This document shows, in pieces, positions 38,073 to 50,644 of a stretch of DNA of 64,000 nt. The stretch lies in assembly GCA_951406725.2 (NCBI GenBank), contig OX597821.1, positions 41,044,001 through 41,108,000 of the forward strand, given 5' to 3'. The translations under genes and the position numbers were made by a program. The notes under the pieces are model-generated. The model did not search any database. It was not told the origin of the DNA and worked only from the letters and a program-made list of their open reading frames with translations. Source of the DNA: Octopus vulgaris. Taxonomy: Eukaryota. Numbering within the stretch: the first letter of the stretch is position 1; each line of letters starts with the position of its first letter.

Positions 38073-40037
38073 ATGTCGTTTATTTCAACAACCCTTGCAA
38101 CTTTTACAGTATAATGAGTCAATTACTATCAAAAACCTCTTTTCCAAACTGCTTCAAGTTTTTATCTCCCTTCAGGCTTTGCATTCTGTTCATCGTTAAA
38201 AGTCATTTAACTCTACTTGCCTAGGTTCCACACTTAATTAAGAATTTGTTATTAATGAATAAATTAATTAAAGTTAACAGTTAAATGACATTCATTAAAT
38301 GCCACTTGTATTAACATTGATAATATTAACAATCATTGATTACATCTAATAGTTGAGAAAAAAAAAAAGAAAACAAACAGAGAAATACCAAAAAAAAAAA
38401 GCTAACAGATAAAACGAATGTAATTTAACATTTACTAAAATGTCACAATGTTTATTAAAGATTCATTGTCAAAACTTATTTAGTAATTCAGATAATAGAA
38501 CTAACATCAGAGCCACTATAAGTGTACATATAATCATACTGAAATATATGTATACAATTGTCTGTCTGTTGGCTACTATCCATCTGTATTGCCAAGCAAA
38601 TTGTCCAAATTTATATTTTGGCACAATATTGCCAAATTCAGAGATTTCAAGTTAATTTTATCTGAAATAAGTGGGGATTAATTGGTATATATTGTCAGTT
38701 TGCCTGGGGAACAAACAATTCAAACTAAAAGGTAATTAAAATTTTGTTTCTGAAAGATTTTTTTTTAATGATTTTTTTCCTTTATTTTTAGTTGTTTGTT
38801 AGTTTGTGTTTGATAATTTTATTGCTATCCTTTACTTTTATTTCCCATTAATGTGTTTTAAAACATTGCTGTAAATTTACAAATTTTCCTTTTCCAAATA
38901 TAAACTTTGCTATGAAATCTATCTAATTTGTCTGGTCTGTCTGTCAGTCTGTCTGCCAAACTGTATATCCATTTGTCTCTATCTTTCTCTCTCTCTCTCT
39001 CTCTCTCTTAGTATATCACTTTTTCTCTGTCTTTCTGTCACCCTTTATCTATGTCTTTCTATCTTACCCCCCACCTCACACCCCCCTCTCCCCCCTCTCT
39101 TCCTCTCTATCTCTCATTAGCTTTCACACTCTGACTGTATCTTATCAGAAAGACTTCGTAATGCTGATTATTAATTCATTATTATGAATTTGAACTTACT
39201 TCGAGTATTTTGTCCTGCCTCTAACCAGGAAGAATAAATACAGGCAATTCCTTTCATAAAGATACCATTCCAAAGACTGCCACTTGATTCAGGTCGACAT
39301 TCTATCTGCAATGTTTTTGGGGGGTTTTTTTGTATCTTATTGCTATTGAAGAGAATCTAAACAAGACTTTTGTCATCTTCTTTAGATAATCTTTTATCTT
39401 TTAATTGTTTTAGTTACTGGACAGCAGCCATACACAACCTTGAAGAGTTTAGCCAGAGAAACCGATCTTTGGAACCAATTCTTTTAAGAGTCTGCTACTT
39501 GTATTTATTCAGTCTGTCTCTTTTGCTATAAACAAAATGACAGTCGTTGTCCAGCAGTGTTGGAAGACAAAGACACACACACACACACACACACATACAA
39601 ATCATCATCAACATCATCCTCATAATCATCATCATCATCATCATCATCGACATCGTCATATCATTTAATGTCTGTTTTATGCACAAGCATGAGGTGGATG
39701 GTTTTATTATAGGAGCTGCCAAGTCTGGGATCCACATCAGACTCCATTGTCTGCATGGCTGGATGCCCTTCCTAACTACAACCACTTTACAGAGAGTATT
39801 TGGGTGCCTTCTATGTGGCACCAGCATCTTCAGGGTCACCAAGTAAACTTGCATGACAAAAACCTCTCAACTGGGAAGGTGGGGGTAGCATTGAATTGAG
39901 GTGATCTTGTGTCACTTAATGCGAGATTACAGGTATAGAAGGACAAGGACAGGTGTCTTGCCGTAGAGTGGATACATGGATACCCATATATATATATATC
40001 CATATATATATATCCATATATATATATATATATTATA

Positions 40038-40430
40038 TGTAGAAAAATTCAAACTGAGACAAGAACGTAAAACATTTAGAAGACGATACAAAAAGCACAG
40101 ACGGGACATTCGAAGCCTTCAATCTTCAGTCAAGAACCGGATCATCCTCGCTCCGATCCGGCCAGCTCCAAGGAAAAACTAAGCTACGAGCATTAGTTTT
40201 CTTGGAAAAAGGATCGAATGTATATGAAACAAGGACAGAGAAACGGACGATACCACACGAATATAAATACAAAAAACAATAATAGTAATAACAGGACAAA
40301 AACAGTGGATGTCTTATGACTATAGACAGTACAACTTAGTTTAGCTGGCGTATTTGGAAAAAATGCCTTTTTCGGCAAACGAAGAAAACGATGTTCTCGT
40401 GGCACTGGTCAGAAGCCGAAAGGCTGGTTG
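40038..40430. mobile_element. CpG-rich unclassified repeat inserted in (TA)n
   Basis: Abrupt rise in CpG density between TA-rich flanks; no ORF homology recognised. Confidence 0.45.
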
Positions 40431-40604
40431 ATATATATATATCCATATATCTATCTATATACATGTTAAGGGTCGCCTCTTTTGTGTTTCAATGTGCACT
40501 AATTTTATATCTATATCTATATTTATATCTATCTATCTATCTATCTATACATACATACATACATAAATATATATATAATATAAACATAGATAGTACCAGT
40601 ATAT

Positions 40605-40665
40605 GGGATTACGGTGTATTTCACATCCATAAAGAACTTAGCCTTACAGTGTATCATCAGACCCC
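40605..40665 (-). ncRNA. Type I hammerhead ribozyme with long stem II
   Basis: Minus strand: GGGGU-CUGAUGA-U-ACA-CUGUAAGG-CUAAGUU-CUUUAUGG-A-UGU-GAAA-UACACC-GUA-AUCCC. 5-bp stem I, about 11-bp stem II, weakened stem III. Confidence 0.7.
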
Positions 40666-41169
40666 AAAACCTGTTGGCCTATGGCCTCTCTAGCAAGTGG
40701 TGTCTCGAGAAAATGGAGAAGGAAAAGACTTCATTATTCTATGTAAACGAGAGGCAATTGTCTCCCTTTGGCTGTTATTTGTAATCGATTCTGTTATTGT
40801 GTTGTTCCCAGGATGTCAGCAGCAATTTTCTGAAGTGCAAACAATGGATGGGCTTCTTCTTAGTTTCCATCCACCACATCCACTCACAGCCTGGAGTTAT
40901 AATAGAAGACATTTGTTCAAGGTGCCATGTGATGGGACTGAACTACAAACCACATGCTTGAACAGGAAGCTTCTTAACCCCCACAGCCACACTGGCATCA
41001 ATAAACTACAGGTGTGTATATGGAAAATAACTGAGTGAATTTACAGTGAAAGAACTGAGTGAAAGAACAGAAAATATGAGGCAATGCAATCGTTTATAAA
41101 TATTTAAATTTATGTCTATCAGATAAAGAAATTAGCGAAGTAGAATGGCTTTATGTTTTGGTTTTCTTT

Positions 41170-41600
41170 TTTACTCTTTTACTCTTTTACTTGCTTCAGT
41201 CATTTGACTGTGGCCATACTGTAGCACCACCTTTAGTCGAGCAAATCGACCCCAGGACTTATTCTTTGTAAGCCTAGTACTTATTCTATCAGTCTCTTTT
41301 GCCAAACCGCTAAGTTACAGGGACGTAAACATACCAGCATCAGTTGTCAAGCGATGTTGGGGGTGGGGACAAACACAGACACACAAACATATATACACAC
41401 ACACACATACATACATACATATATATGTATACATATATACGACAGGCTCCTTTCAGTTTCCGTCTACCAAATCCACTAATAAGGCTTTGGTCGGCCCGAG
41501 GCCATAGCAGAAGACACTTGCCCAAGGTACCACACAGTGGGACTGAACCCAGAACCATGTGGTTGGTAAGCAAGCTACTTACCATCCAGCCACTCCTACT
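41170..41600 (-). mobile_element. CORE-like SINE, full length
   Basis: tRNA head with A/B boxes, ACCTTGGGCAAGTGTCTTCT core, (TG/TA)n and a (TAAAAGAG)n tail. Confidence 0.88.
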
Positions 41601-42539
41601 CCTTTCTTTTAGGTTTTTTTTTTTTTGTAATGACAGTAAAGAATGTTTTCTCTTTAACTCAATATGTGATGTTGTGAGAACCAAAACCTTCGCTTGCCAA
41701 ATTTTCTGCCCAGAGGCTCACAATGTTCTTTAATTGATATATAAATGTCTACCTGCAATTGCTTTTCATGCCATTTCAAACCTCCTTCATTTAAGAATTT
41801 ACCAACAATTATAAGTCTTCAGATTAGTAAAAGATAAAGTCAGAAGGCTTTTTTTCGGTTTTTTTTTTTTTTGTCTTTCCCTGCCTCAAGATGTCAGCCT
41901 TCCAATAGACAAGCTCAATTGATACATTCAAATGTCACAGCAAGCATGCATTATTCCGTGACACTTTGAGAATTACCATCTTTTGATTGACATAGAACTC
42001 TTTTCTAGTGTCTTCTCTGTGCTACTGCTGCAACCTTTATGCCAACAACAGCTATGGGGCTCTATCAGTGTGACTATTCATTCCTGCCATTTATTCAATG
42101 ATAGCATTATAGTAGAGAGTGTACAGAGATGCTGCATCAGACTTGCCGCCTCTCATATAATATTTGTTTATTGGCTGAAGTCTGATCAACTACTGACAAT
42201 TTGAATAGTGTTAAAAGCTATTGCTCTTTATTATCATCATCATCATCAGCATCAGCATCAGCATCTTCCTCCTCATCATCATTATATATTTGTTTTAATA
42301 TCATGATACATTTTGTTTACTTGGTATTTTATGTTTTACTTTTATTTATATCTCAAGAATGTTTTTTTTTGTTTGTTTAATATTCAACGAAAGATTGGAA
42401 TATTTTGTAAATTTACATATTGTTAGAGAAATTGGATGTGCTTCCAACCATGACCTGTAGTTTAATGAAGGAAAGGTAAAAATAAAAACCTGTTGTCTAC
42501 CAACCAGGCAGACACAAGCAGATATGATTGTGTTGACAT

Positions 42540-42820
42540 TGCTGCTATTGCTGCTGCTGTGGCTGTTGCTGCTGCTGCCACTGCTGTTGTTGCTGTTGTT
42601 AAGCAACAAGATGGGTATGGTTGATTAGATGATGGTCTAGGGCTTAGGGGCGGGAGACCCCAAACCTTGGAAAAAACAAAAAACTTTGGTCGTCTTGTTG
42701 TAGTCAAGGGCTCTTCATTGACGCCCGACACCACTGGGAGGTGGCCCTCGAAGTCGCTAGAAATGCAGATCTCCAGATCCAAATTCTTGAACAGCTGCTG
42801 CGGCTGCCGCTGTTGTTGTG
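42540..42820 (-). mobile_element. Second copy of the (CAA)n-tailed retroposon
   Basis: Homologous to 24060-24298. Confidence 0.6.
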
Positions 42821-43699
42821 TCATTTAACCCCAGGTCAAGTCTGTTGACCAATTGACCTGTGACCAAAAGTATTCCCACCATGACAATCTTGTCATTTAA
42901 ACCAGTGCCCCACAACCGGTATGTCGCAACATATTTGTGTGTCATGATATGATGCTAGGTGTGCCACAGTGTAACCTGAATATAAATTTTTTCCTCTATA
43001 CTTATAAAAAACACCCACTACACTCTCGGAGTGGTTGGTGCTAGGAAGGGCATCCAGCTGTAGAAACTCTGCCAGATCAAGATTGGAGTCTGGTGCAACT
43101 ATCTGGTGCAGCCATCTGGTTCGCCAGCCCTCAGTCAAAATCGTCCAACCCATGCTAGCATAGAAAGTGGAGATTAAACGATGATGATGATGATGCTGAT
43201 ACTTTTAGTTATATTTCTAATTCGAGTGTGCCACCAATTTTGAAAAAAAAAATAAGTGTGCGACAAATGAAAAAAGGTGACAGAGCACTGATTTAGACCT
43301 GACTGTCCTCATTTTAGACAGCAGAATCTAATTTGAGGAAGATTTGGCTGCAATATCAAGCGGGTCAAATAACATCACAATGGCCTCTTTCAGTTTAATA
43401 ATATCAACATTGATACAGTTGGCTGAAATAACAGAATACGTAAAGCAATATGCAGATTTAGTTCTTTTTAGTTTTGGTATTTTCGCTGCAGGTTAACTTA
43501 TTTCTTCCTTTTTTTTCCTTCTACCAGCTGATGGCTATTTTTTTCTGATTATTAAAGCTGCATCCCTATCATTTACATTTTGATCTGTACATGATAAGAA
43601 CCAGACAAAATACTGGTCAATAGAATCAACTAAAGCCAGAACGAAATAGATTAAAGAATATAAAATGATACGGTATATTGTATTATCTGATATATCGGA

Positions 43700-44320
43700 T
43701 GATTGTGGTGGTGGTAGTGGTATGGTGGTGGTGGTGTGATGGTGGTGGTGGTGGTGATGGTGGTGGTGGTGGTGGTGGTGGTGGTTGTTGTGGTGGTGAT
43801 GGTTGTTGTGGTGATGATTGTTGTGGTGGTGATGGTGGTGGTGGTGGTGGTGGTGGTGGTGGTTGCTGTGGTGGTGATGGTGGTGGTGGTAGTGGTGGTG
43901 ATGGTGGTTGTTGTGGTGGTGATGGTTATTGTGGTGGTGATGGTGGTGGTGGTGGTGGTGGTGGTGGTGGTGGTGGTTGTGGTGGTGGTGGTGATGGTGG
44001 TGGTTGTTGTGGTGGTGATGGTTTTTGTGGTGGTGATGGTGGTGGTGGTGATTGTTGTGGTGGTGATGGCGGTGGTGGTTGTGGTGGTGGTGATTGTTGT
44101 GGTGGTGATGTTGGTGGTTGTTGTGGTGGTGATGGTTGTTGTGGTGGTGATGGTGAAGGTGGTGGTGGTAGTGGTGATGGTGGTAGTTGTGGTGGTAGTG
44201 GTGGTAGTGATGGTGGTGGTGGTAGTGGTGGTGGTGGTGGTGGTGCTGGCATCAACATTGGTAATGATAACAATGATGATGATGATGTTGATGTTGATGA
44301 TGATTGTGGTGGTGGTGGTG

Positions 44321-44352
<32 letters not shown>

Positions 44353-44372
44353 GTTGGTGGTGATGATGATGA
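43700..44372. repeat. Degenerate (GGT)n/(GAT)n array
   Basis: Directly visible; open in several frames only because of low complexity. Confidence 0.95.
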
Positions 44373-44699
44373 AGATATAGATAATGCACACATAGACACA
44401 TGCACACACACACACACACACATACATGCACCCATTATATAATAAGCTGAGATTATTTCTTCCTCGTAACTGGTGGTTCCAAGTCTGTGATCGTCATGCA
44501 ATGAAGAAAATATACTGACAAGATATTTTTGAATCTATGTACTTAGAATTTACAGAAAGAATATAATGGTTGAGAGGATTGTGGAATCGCACGAAGGACA
44601 CTGTCTGTGGTTATGAAAATATGCAAAATTTTACAATGTAGTAATGTGGGGACAAAATTAACAGACAATATTTGTATAAATTCATACGCTTGTAATAAC

Positions 44700-44792
<93 letters not shown>

Positions 44793-44810
44793 TAAAATAA
44801 TAATTATAAA

Positions 44811-45348
44811 TGCCCTGATGCAGTACCAGGCAGTGGTTCTCATGGCTTCTGATCTTAACTGATTGGAAGTGTTATCATGTACATTGTTTTGTCTTGGTAT
44901 AAAAGATGGGCTACAGCAAATATTCTGCTCAATACCACAGATTTACTTGTCAGTTGTTTGACTTTAACCAGTTGAGCATGTCCCTTAATGGTTGACGATA
45001 TGTGCATCTCTGATCACGAGCAGAAGTAGTGGGGGAGCATCATAGCCATGTGTTGAGAGGGATTCTTTGGGGTTTGAATGATTCACCTCTGGAAACATGG
45101 GTGTTTCGTTCAACATCCTTAAGCGACCCTTATTCAGGGACCTTTTGAGCGGGATGGGCTACTCAACCTGAAGAAAATTCTAACGGGGCCCCACCTGCAA
45201 GGTCATGTGCTGTTTATCTTGATATGAGATCAGCATGTGGCGCACATATGGTTGTGATGCATGTGCCTGGTGTAGTCATGATGGGTATACTGGGCTTCGT
45301 ATATTTTACCCCAGTGTCACTTTGATGGCATGAACTGCTCTCTCACTC
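44811..45348 (+). mobile_element. Non-coding element of about 540 bp inserted in (AAT)n
   Basis: Complex sequence sharply bounded by (AAT)n on both sides (44694-44810 and 45349-45377). Confidence 0.65.
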
Positions 45349-46269
45349 AATAATAATAATAATAATAACAATAATAATTCTGCTCAATACCACAGATTTG
45401 TTTTTCATGATAATAATAATGGTTACTAATCTAGTCACAAAGCATCAACACCAGGATTTGACTGGTATTTACTTTATTGACCCCACCACCACCACCATAG
45501 AAGGATGATAAAATTCCAAAGAAATAATCCAAAACATTTTCTATTTGAAGGAAAAGGCAAAATACAAAAATGTTATATAAGAGAAATGTTAGAAAACAAG
45601 CAGGAAATAATGACTTTGAAATATTTTGATAGGGTAAAAATAAAAAGGCCTAAAAAAAAAGAATAAAAAAATAACATCAAAGTGCATTTCCTAAAAAAAA
45701 TTGAAGAAGAAAAGAGGAAAGGCTCAATAGAAGGGGAATAACCAGGATGAGAAGCAACAATGGCTCAGGGATATAAACAGACATAGAAAGTCTGATCCAA
45801 GTGCAATTGTAAAATATAAATGTGTGTGTGTATGTGTGTATTTGAATGGATTTTCTTTCCAGAAAAATGTGAAAGAAATAAGCACTTTTAACAGAGCAGG
45901 ATATGATGACAAAATTGATATGTAGATACCAGACATCCACCAACTTAGCCAATGAAAAGAAATTAAGATGAGTGTGAAAAATGTTTTTAAAGATACATGA
46001 AATGAAACCAAATGATGAAACAAATAGGGAAACAATCAAATGAAAAGAGACTGAATTAGCAAAAAACAATAAACATTGCTTTAATGAAAGACACTCTGAA
46101 ACCAATTAATAGCTATAAACAAACGAATGTGCCAGCTCCCCTGTATAGAATATGAAATGTTTTGGAAGAACAAAGGAAAACAAATGTGGCCTCTGATCAC
46201 AGTCATGTGAAACAAAGTTGCAATGGAAAAATCTTCAGTTTAAATAAATAACATAAATGATACAATCTA

Positions 46270-46480
46270 CATCACTATTTTGTCTGCCATTATGTTCTGA
46301 GTTCAAATTCCACTGAGGTCGTCTTTGCCTTTCATCCTTTCAGGGTCGATTAAAATAAGTACCAGTTATGCACTGTGGTTGATGTAATTGATTTAATTCC
46401 TTTGTCTGTCCTTGTTTGTCCCTGCTATGTTTAGCCCACCCCACCCCAACCCCACCCCACTGTGGGCAATAAGGAAATGA
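46270..46480 (+). mobile_element. Nin/Deu-like SINE, 5'-truncated
   Basis: B-box, core and tail are present. Confidence 0.8.
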
Positions 46481-46619
46481 ATATAATCTGCGTCATGTGA
46501 TGAAAGGATGAATAACTTTTTATCCTATTATCAAAGTAACATGTGAATGTTCATGTGTGTGCATGTGTGTGTGTGAATATTTGTGTATGAGTATCTACAT
46601 GTATGCGTATGTGTATGTA

Positions 46620-47515
46620 TCATCATCATCATCATCATAATCATCATCGTCCAACATCTGTTTTCCATGCTGGCATGGGTTGGACCGTTTGAAGTCTGAC
46701 AAGCCAGGAGGCCGCACTGATTCGGCAATGTTTCTACAGTTGGATGCCCTTCCTAACGCCAACCACTCCGAGAGTTTAGTGGGTGCTTTTTACGTGTCAC
46801 CAGCATGGGAGCCAGTCAGGTGGGCCTGGCATGGATCACATTTGGATGATGCCTTTTACGTGCCACTGGCACAAGAACCAGTTGGGGGATAGTACTAGCA
46901 TCAGCCACGATTGGTTGGTGCTTTCTACATGTCACTGGCATGGGAGCCAGTCAGGCAGACCTGGCATCGACCACGTTTGGATGGTGCTTTTTATGTGCCA
47001 CTGGCACAGGAGCCAGTCAGGATATTGGTTTTTCTTGACTCAACAGGTCTTCTCAAGTATAACATATCACCCGACGCATCAAGGGTAGCCTTAACAGGGT
47101 CGGACAGGCATGGCTGTGATCTCACTTTAGTTGCCAGGTCTTCTCAATCACACCATATATTCAAGGTCCTGGTCTCCTGTCATTGCCTCTGTGAGGCCCA
47201 ATGTTTGAAGATCATGCTCCACTACCTCATCCCATGTCTTCTAAGCTCTACTTCTTCCACAGGATCCTTCTACAGTAAGGGAGTGGCATTTCCTCACACA
47301 GCTGTCTTCATTCATATGTAACACATGGCCATACCAGTGCAGTTGTCTCTCTTGCACACCACATTTGATGCTTCTTATGCCCAACTTTTCTGTCATGTAT
47401 GCACACTGACATTACACACCCAGCAGATCATACTAACTTCATTTCTTTCAAGCCTATGCATGTCCTCAGCATTCATGGCCCATGTTTCACTGCCGTGTAG
47501 CATGGCGGTTCACAC
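46620..47515 (-). mobile_element. RTE-clade LINE 3' part (ORF2 C-terminus, 3'UTR minisatellite, (GAT)n tail)
   Basis: Minus-strand translation V*TAMLHGSETWA...RLERNE...LHWYGHV...GSCGRSRA*KTWDEVV. The 3'UTR holds about four units of about 60 bp. Confidence 0.9.
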
Positions 47516-47626
47516 ATATATATATTTAAATTATATACATAGGTAGATACAAGCGAGCAGACAAACGAAAGAAAGGCACTCAACACCTTTATTGGGAGTT
47601 ACATGTAAACATCAAAACAATTTGAT

Positions 47627-47685
47627 TCAGACTCTGTGGTACTCTGAGTTTCAAGCATGTGTAGTCTTCAGCCATTAGGGTCTGA
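47627..47685 (-). ncRNA. Type I hammerhead motif with damaged stem II
   Basis: Minus strand: UCAGAC-CCUAA-UGG-CUGAAGA-CUACACAUGCUU-GAA-ACUCAGAGU-A-CCA-CAGA-GUCUGA. Bipartite stem I and intact core. Confidence 0.65.
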
Positions 47686-47777
47686 TCTCAGAGTGCCAAG
47701 GAGTATGGATCAAACTGTGTTGATCAAAATAGATATAGATATAGAAATAGGCATATATATATATATATATATATATA

Positions 47778-48178
47778 CAGGGTGCAGTGAATAAACTGTT
47801 AATTGAATTATGCAAAAAGGAAAATAACACTGACATCTCATTTTAACAGATATATTTACCAAAATTATATTAAAATATCTTGAAATACTAAAGAGTAAAT
47901 TCATTCAATGTTTGATTTTTATCACCCTCAGTACATGTCTTCAGATTGACACCCAAACACTCTGAAATGTTCATATTGAAGTTTCCACTGCGAATGCCAA
48001 GCAGTACACATTTCCAAATTTCTGGCAGAGTGAATTGTGTCATGATGCTGTTTTTCTCACAGACAGTGCCCAACTGTCCCTACTATACTGTGTAGTCAAC
48101 AAAAGCAAGAAAAAAAACAATGTGCATGCATGAAATTAAAAATATAAAATGGCAACGATTTACTAATCGCACTCTCTG
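47778..48178 (-). mobile_element. Internally deleted Tc1/mariner-superfamily element
   Basis: TA|CAGGGTGC left end with an imperfect inverse at the right end. Minus-strand remnant MTQFTLPEIWKCVLLGIRSGNFNMNISECLGVNLKT is HTH-like. Confidence 0.6.
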
Positions 48179-48548
48179 TGTGTGGAGGTGGGCGTGTTTG
48201 GGTGGGTGGATGTGTGTGTATGTATTTAAATATATATATAAACATTCACATGTTACAGTTTGACAATGAGAGAGGAAAGGATTATCTATCACATTTCATC
48301 AGACGATGTGGAATATATTATTTAAGTTGTTTATTCAAACTGAATATCTTTTTTTGCCACTTAGTTTCACATCCCTGAGACCACACTTAGTTGGGAGTCA
48401 CATGTATTGAATAACAGTTTCACTCGGCTCCACATTTCTTATAATTTCATGCCCGAAGCACCTTTGTAACATCTACCAAAGTGGATATGTCCTGAGCATT
48501 AACAAAACCTCTAATATTATGGAGTTGAATCATACCATTATTATAACG

Positions 48549-48588
<40 letters not shown>

Positions 48589-49389
48589 GTGTGTTTATTT
48601 AAGCCATTGCAGTGGCCTGTTACATAGTATGTGTTACCAAGCCATACATATTCACAAGTGACAAGTGATTGTCCTACCTTTCTTTTAAAATGTCAAGTAA
48701 ACATATCAATACTAAATTCTGACAGATTAAGGGGAAATTTTTTAAAGAATTTATACTAAAAGCCTACATTCTTTTTGGATTAGATCATTGTATAATTCTA
48801 AAGGCAAATTCTGCAAGGAAATTTATTTTGAATAATGTAATATCTTATAGTAGAAGAAATACAGAAACTTTTAGGAAAGAATTTTATTGTAAATAAACTT
48901 ATCATCTATGCAGAAAATAATACTGTTGCAAACAAATTTTATTAAATAGAGACTTGGTCTGAAGAAAGTCAATACTGACAGACAGCTCAGATCTATCTAT
49001 TCAAGGATTTGTATTTAGTGCAATCGCTTCCAGAGATTGTTTGTGTGAAGGAGATAATTGTATAACATGCCAAAGCAGTAAAACACTGAGTTAGAGAGTG
49101 AAGAAATCTATTTACTGAAACTTAAATTTAAATTTTTGAAGACCTCCGTTTAAATATTTTGGAATTGTAATCATTTAGTTTCTATTTATTTATGTATTTA
49201 GGTATTTCGTAGGACTGGAGGAATAGAGCTATATCCATAACCTTCTCAAATAGTTCAAGACCTATAAATTAATACTATTGACGTTTATTTTGAACAGCGA
49301 TCTGTCTATTGTTGCAGGTCAAAGACATTCACAGAGGCAGTATTTCAAAAGGCTACCATTCCCTTGTGGAAGAGGAAAGGCTGGTTATA

Positions 49390-50644
49390 TTAGGTTTTTC
49401 CAAAAATAACGGCCACTCTAAGTGTTGTGTTTTGAAACGCAATTTTATCATAGTATTTTAATTATATTTTAGGTGAATTTTGACATATTCAATAATTGAT
49501 GTATGTTCTTAAATAATTTTCTGCTTATTTCAGACAGAAAACATTCTTGAAGCATAGGCGCCATAAATTATGAACATGACAAAAAAGGACTATCGCTTAC
49601 TTTTCTTGCATGAGTTCAAGCTTGGGCACAGTTCCTCCTAAACTGCTACCAATACCAATAGAGCATGGGGAGAGGGGTCTACAAGTGATCGCACAGTACA
49701 AAGGTGGTTTCAGAAATTTCATAGTGGTGATGAGAGCCTTGAAGATGAAGAAGGTAGAGGACGGTCATGCAGTCTTGACAATGAACAATTGAAAGCAACT
49801 GTTGAACAAAACCCACGTCAAAGTGTCAGAGAAATGTCTCAGGCATTTGGTATCGGTATTGCAACAGTCTTACGCAATCTGCAGAAGATTGGTAAGATGA
49901 AAAAGCTTGAAAAATGGGTACTGCATGAGCTCAATGAAAATTAAAAAGTTTGGCGTTTTGAAGTGTGCTTGATGCTCTTTCTGCAAAACACCAATGATCC
50001 CTTTCTTGACTGAATAGTCACTTGTGACAAAAAGTGATCCTTTGGCTTGATCGTGATGAATCCCGCCAAACATTTCTCAAAACCAAAGTTGCATCAGCAA
50101 AGGATTATGATGACTGTCTGGTGGTCTGCAATTGATGTTGTCCATTACAGCTTTCTGGAAGCCAATCAGAGCATTACAGCAGAGGTTTACTGCAATCAAC
50201 TCACTGAAATGTATGCTTACTTGGAAAAAATGAGACCTGCATTGGTGAATCGGTGTGGCCCATGTCTGCTCCATGATAGTGCAAAGCCACATGTTGCAAG
50301 AATGATGCTGCAGAAACTCTCAGACTTGGGATACGAGACTTTACCCCATCCTCCATATTCTCCTGATCTTTCACCCACAGACTACCATTTTTTTAAGCAT
50401 TTAAACAAGTTTTTAAGTGATAAAACTTTCAACTCCAAACCAGAGGTGGAATCAGCTTTCAAAGCATTCTTAGCATCAAAGCCAATAAGTTTTTATCAAA
50501 GAAGCATAAATAATCTCGTTGATTAATGGCAGAGATGCATAGATGTTCATGACTCATACTTTGACTAATCAAAACATTTCTATTGTTAATTTTTCCAGAA
50601 TAAAATTGTTTCTGAAATCAGCCATTATTTTCAGAACACCCTAA
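49390..50644 (+). mobile_element. Full-length mariner (DD34D) transposon, cecropia/Hsmar1-like
   Basis: TA TSDs at 49388-49389 and 50645-50646; imperfect TIRs TTAGGTTTTTCCAAAAATAACGGC / GCCATTATTTTCAGAACACCCTAA; length 1255 bp. Confidence 0.93.
49570..50568 (+). pseudogene. Mariner transposase pseudogene
   Basis: MNMTKKDYRLLFLHEFKLG..., WVLHEL (WVPHEL), IVTCD, LLHDSAKPH, HPPYSPDLSPTDYHFF. At least five premature stops and a deletion/frameshift near 50040. Confidence 0.93.

Noticed and set aside
40100-40135. Hammerhead-like CUGAAGA...GAAU-GUC on the minus strand
   Set aside because: A15.1 is missing and stem I does not pair.
43651-44442. Long Gly/Cys-, Thr-, Val- or Pro-rich ORFs
   Set aside because: They are translations of a (GGT)n array, open in several frames on both strands, with no splice or domain support.
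48955-49000. Hammerhead-like CUGAAGA-AA-GUC-AAUACU-GAC; similar partial hits near 6185, 7075, 13290, 27985 and 33950
   Set aside because: The GAAA or the stems are missing; too degenerate to call.
50047-50526. 159-aa ORF as a functional SETMAR/transposase gene
   Set aside because: It is a fragment of a multiply disrupted mariner and has no SET domain.
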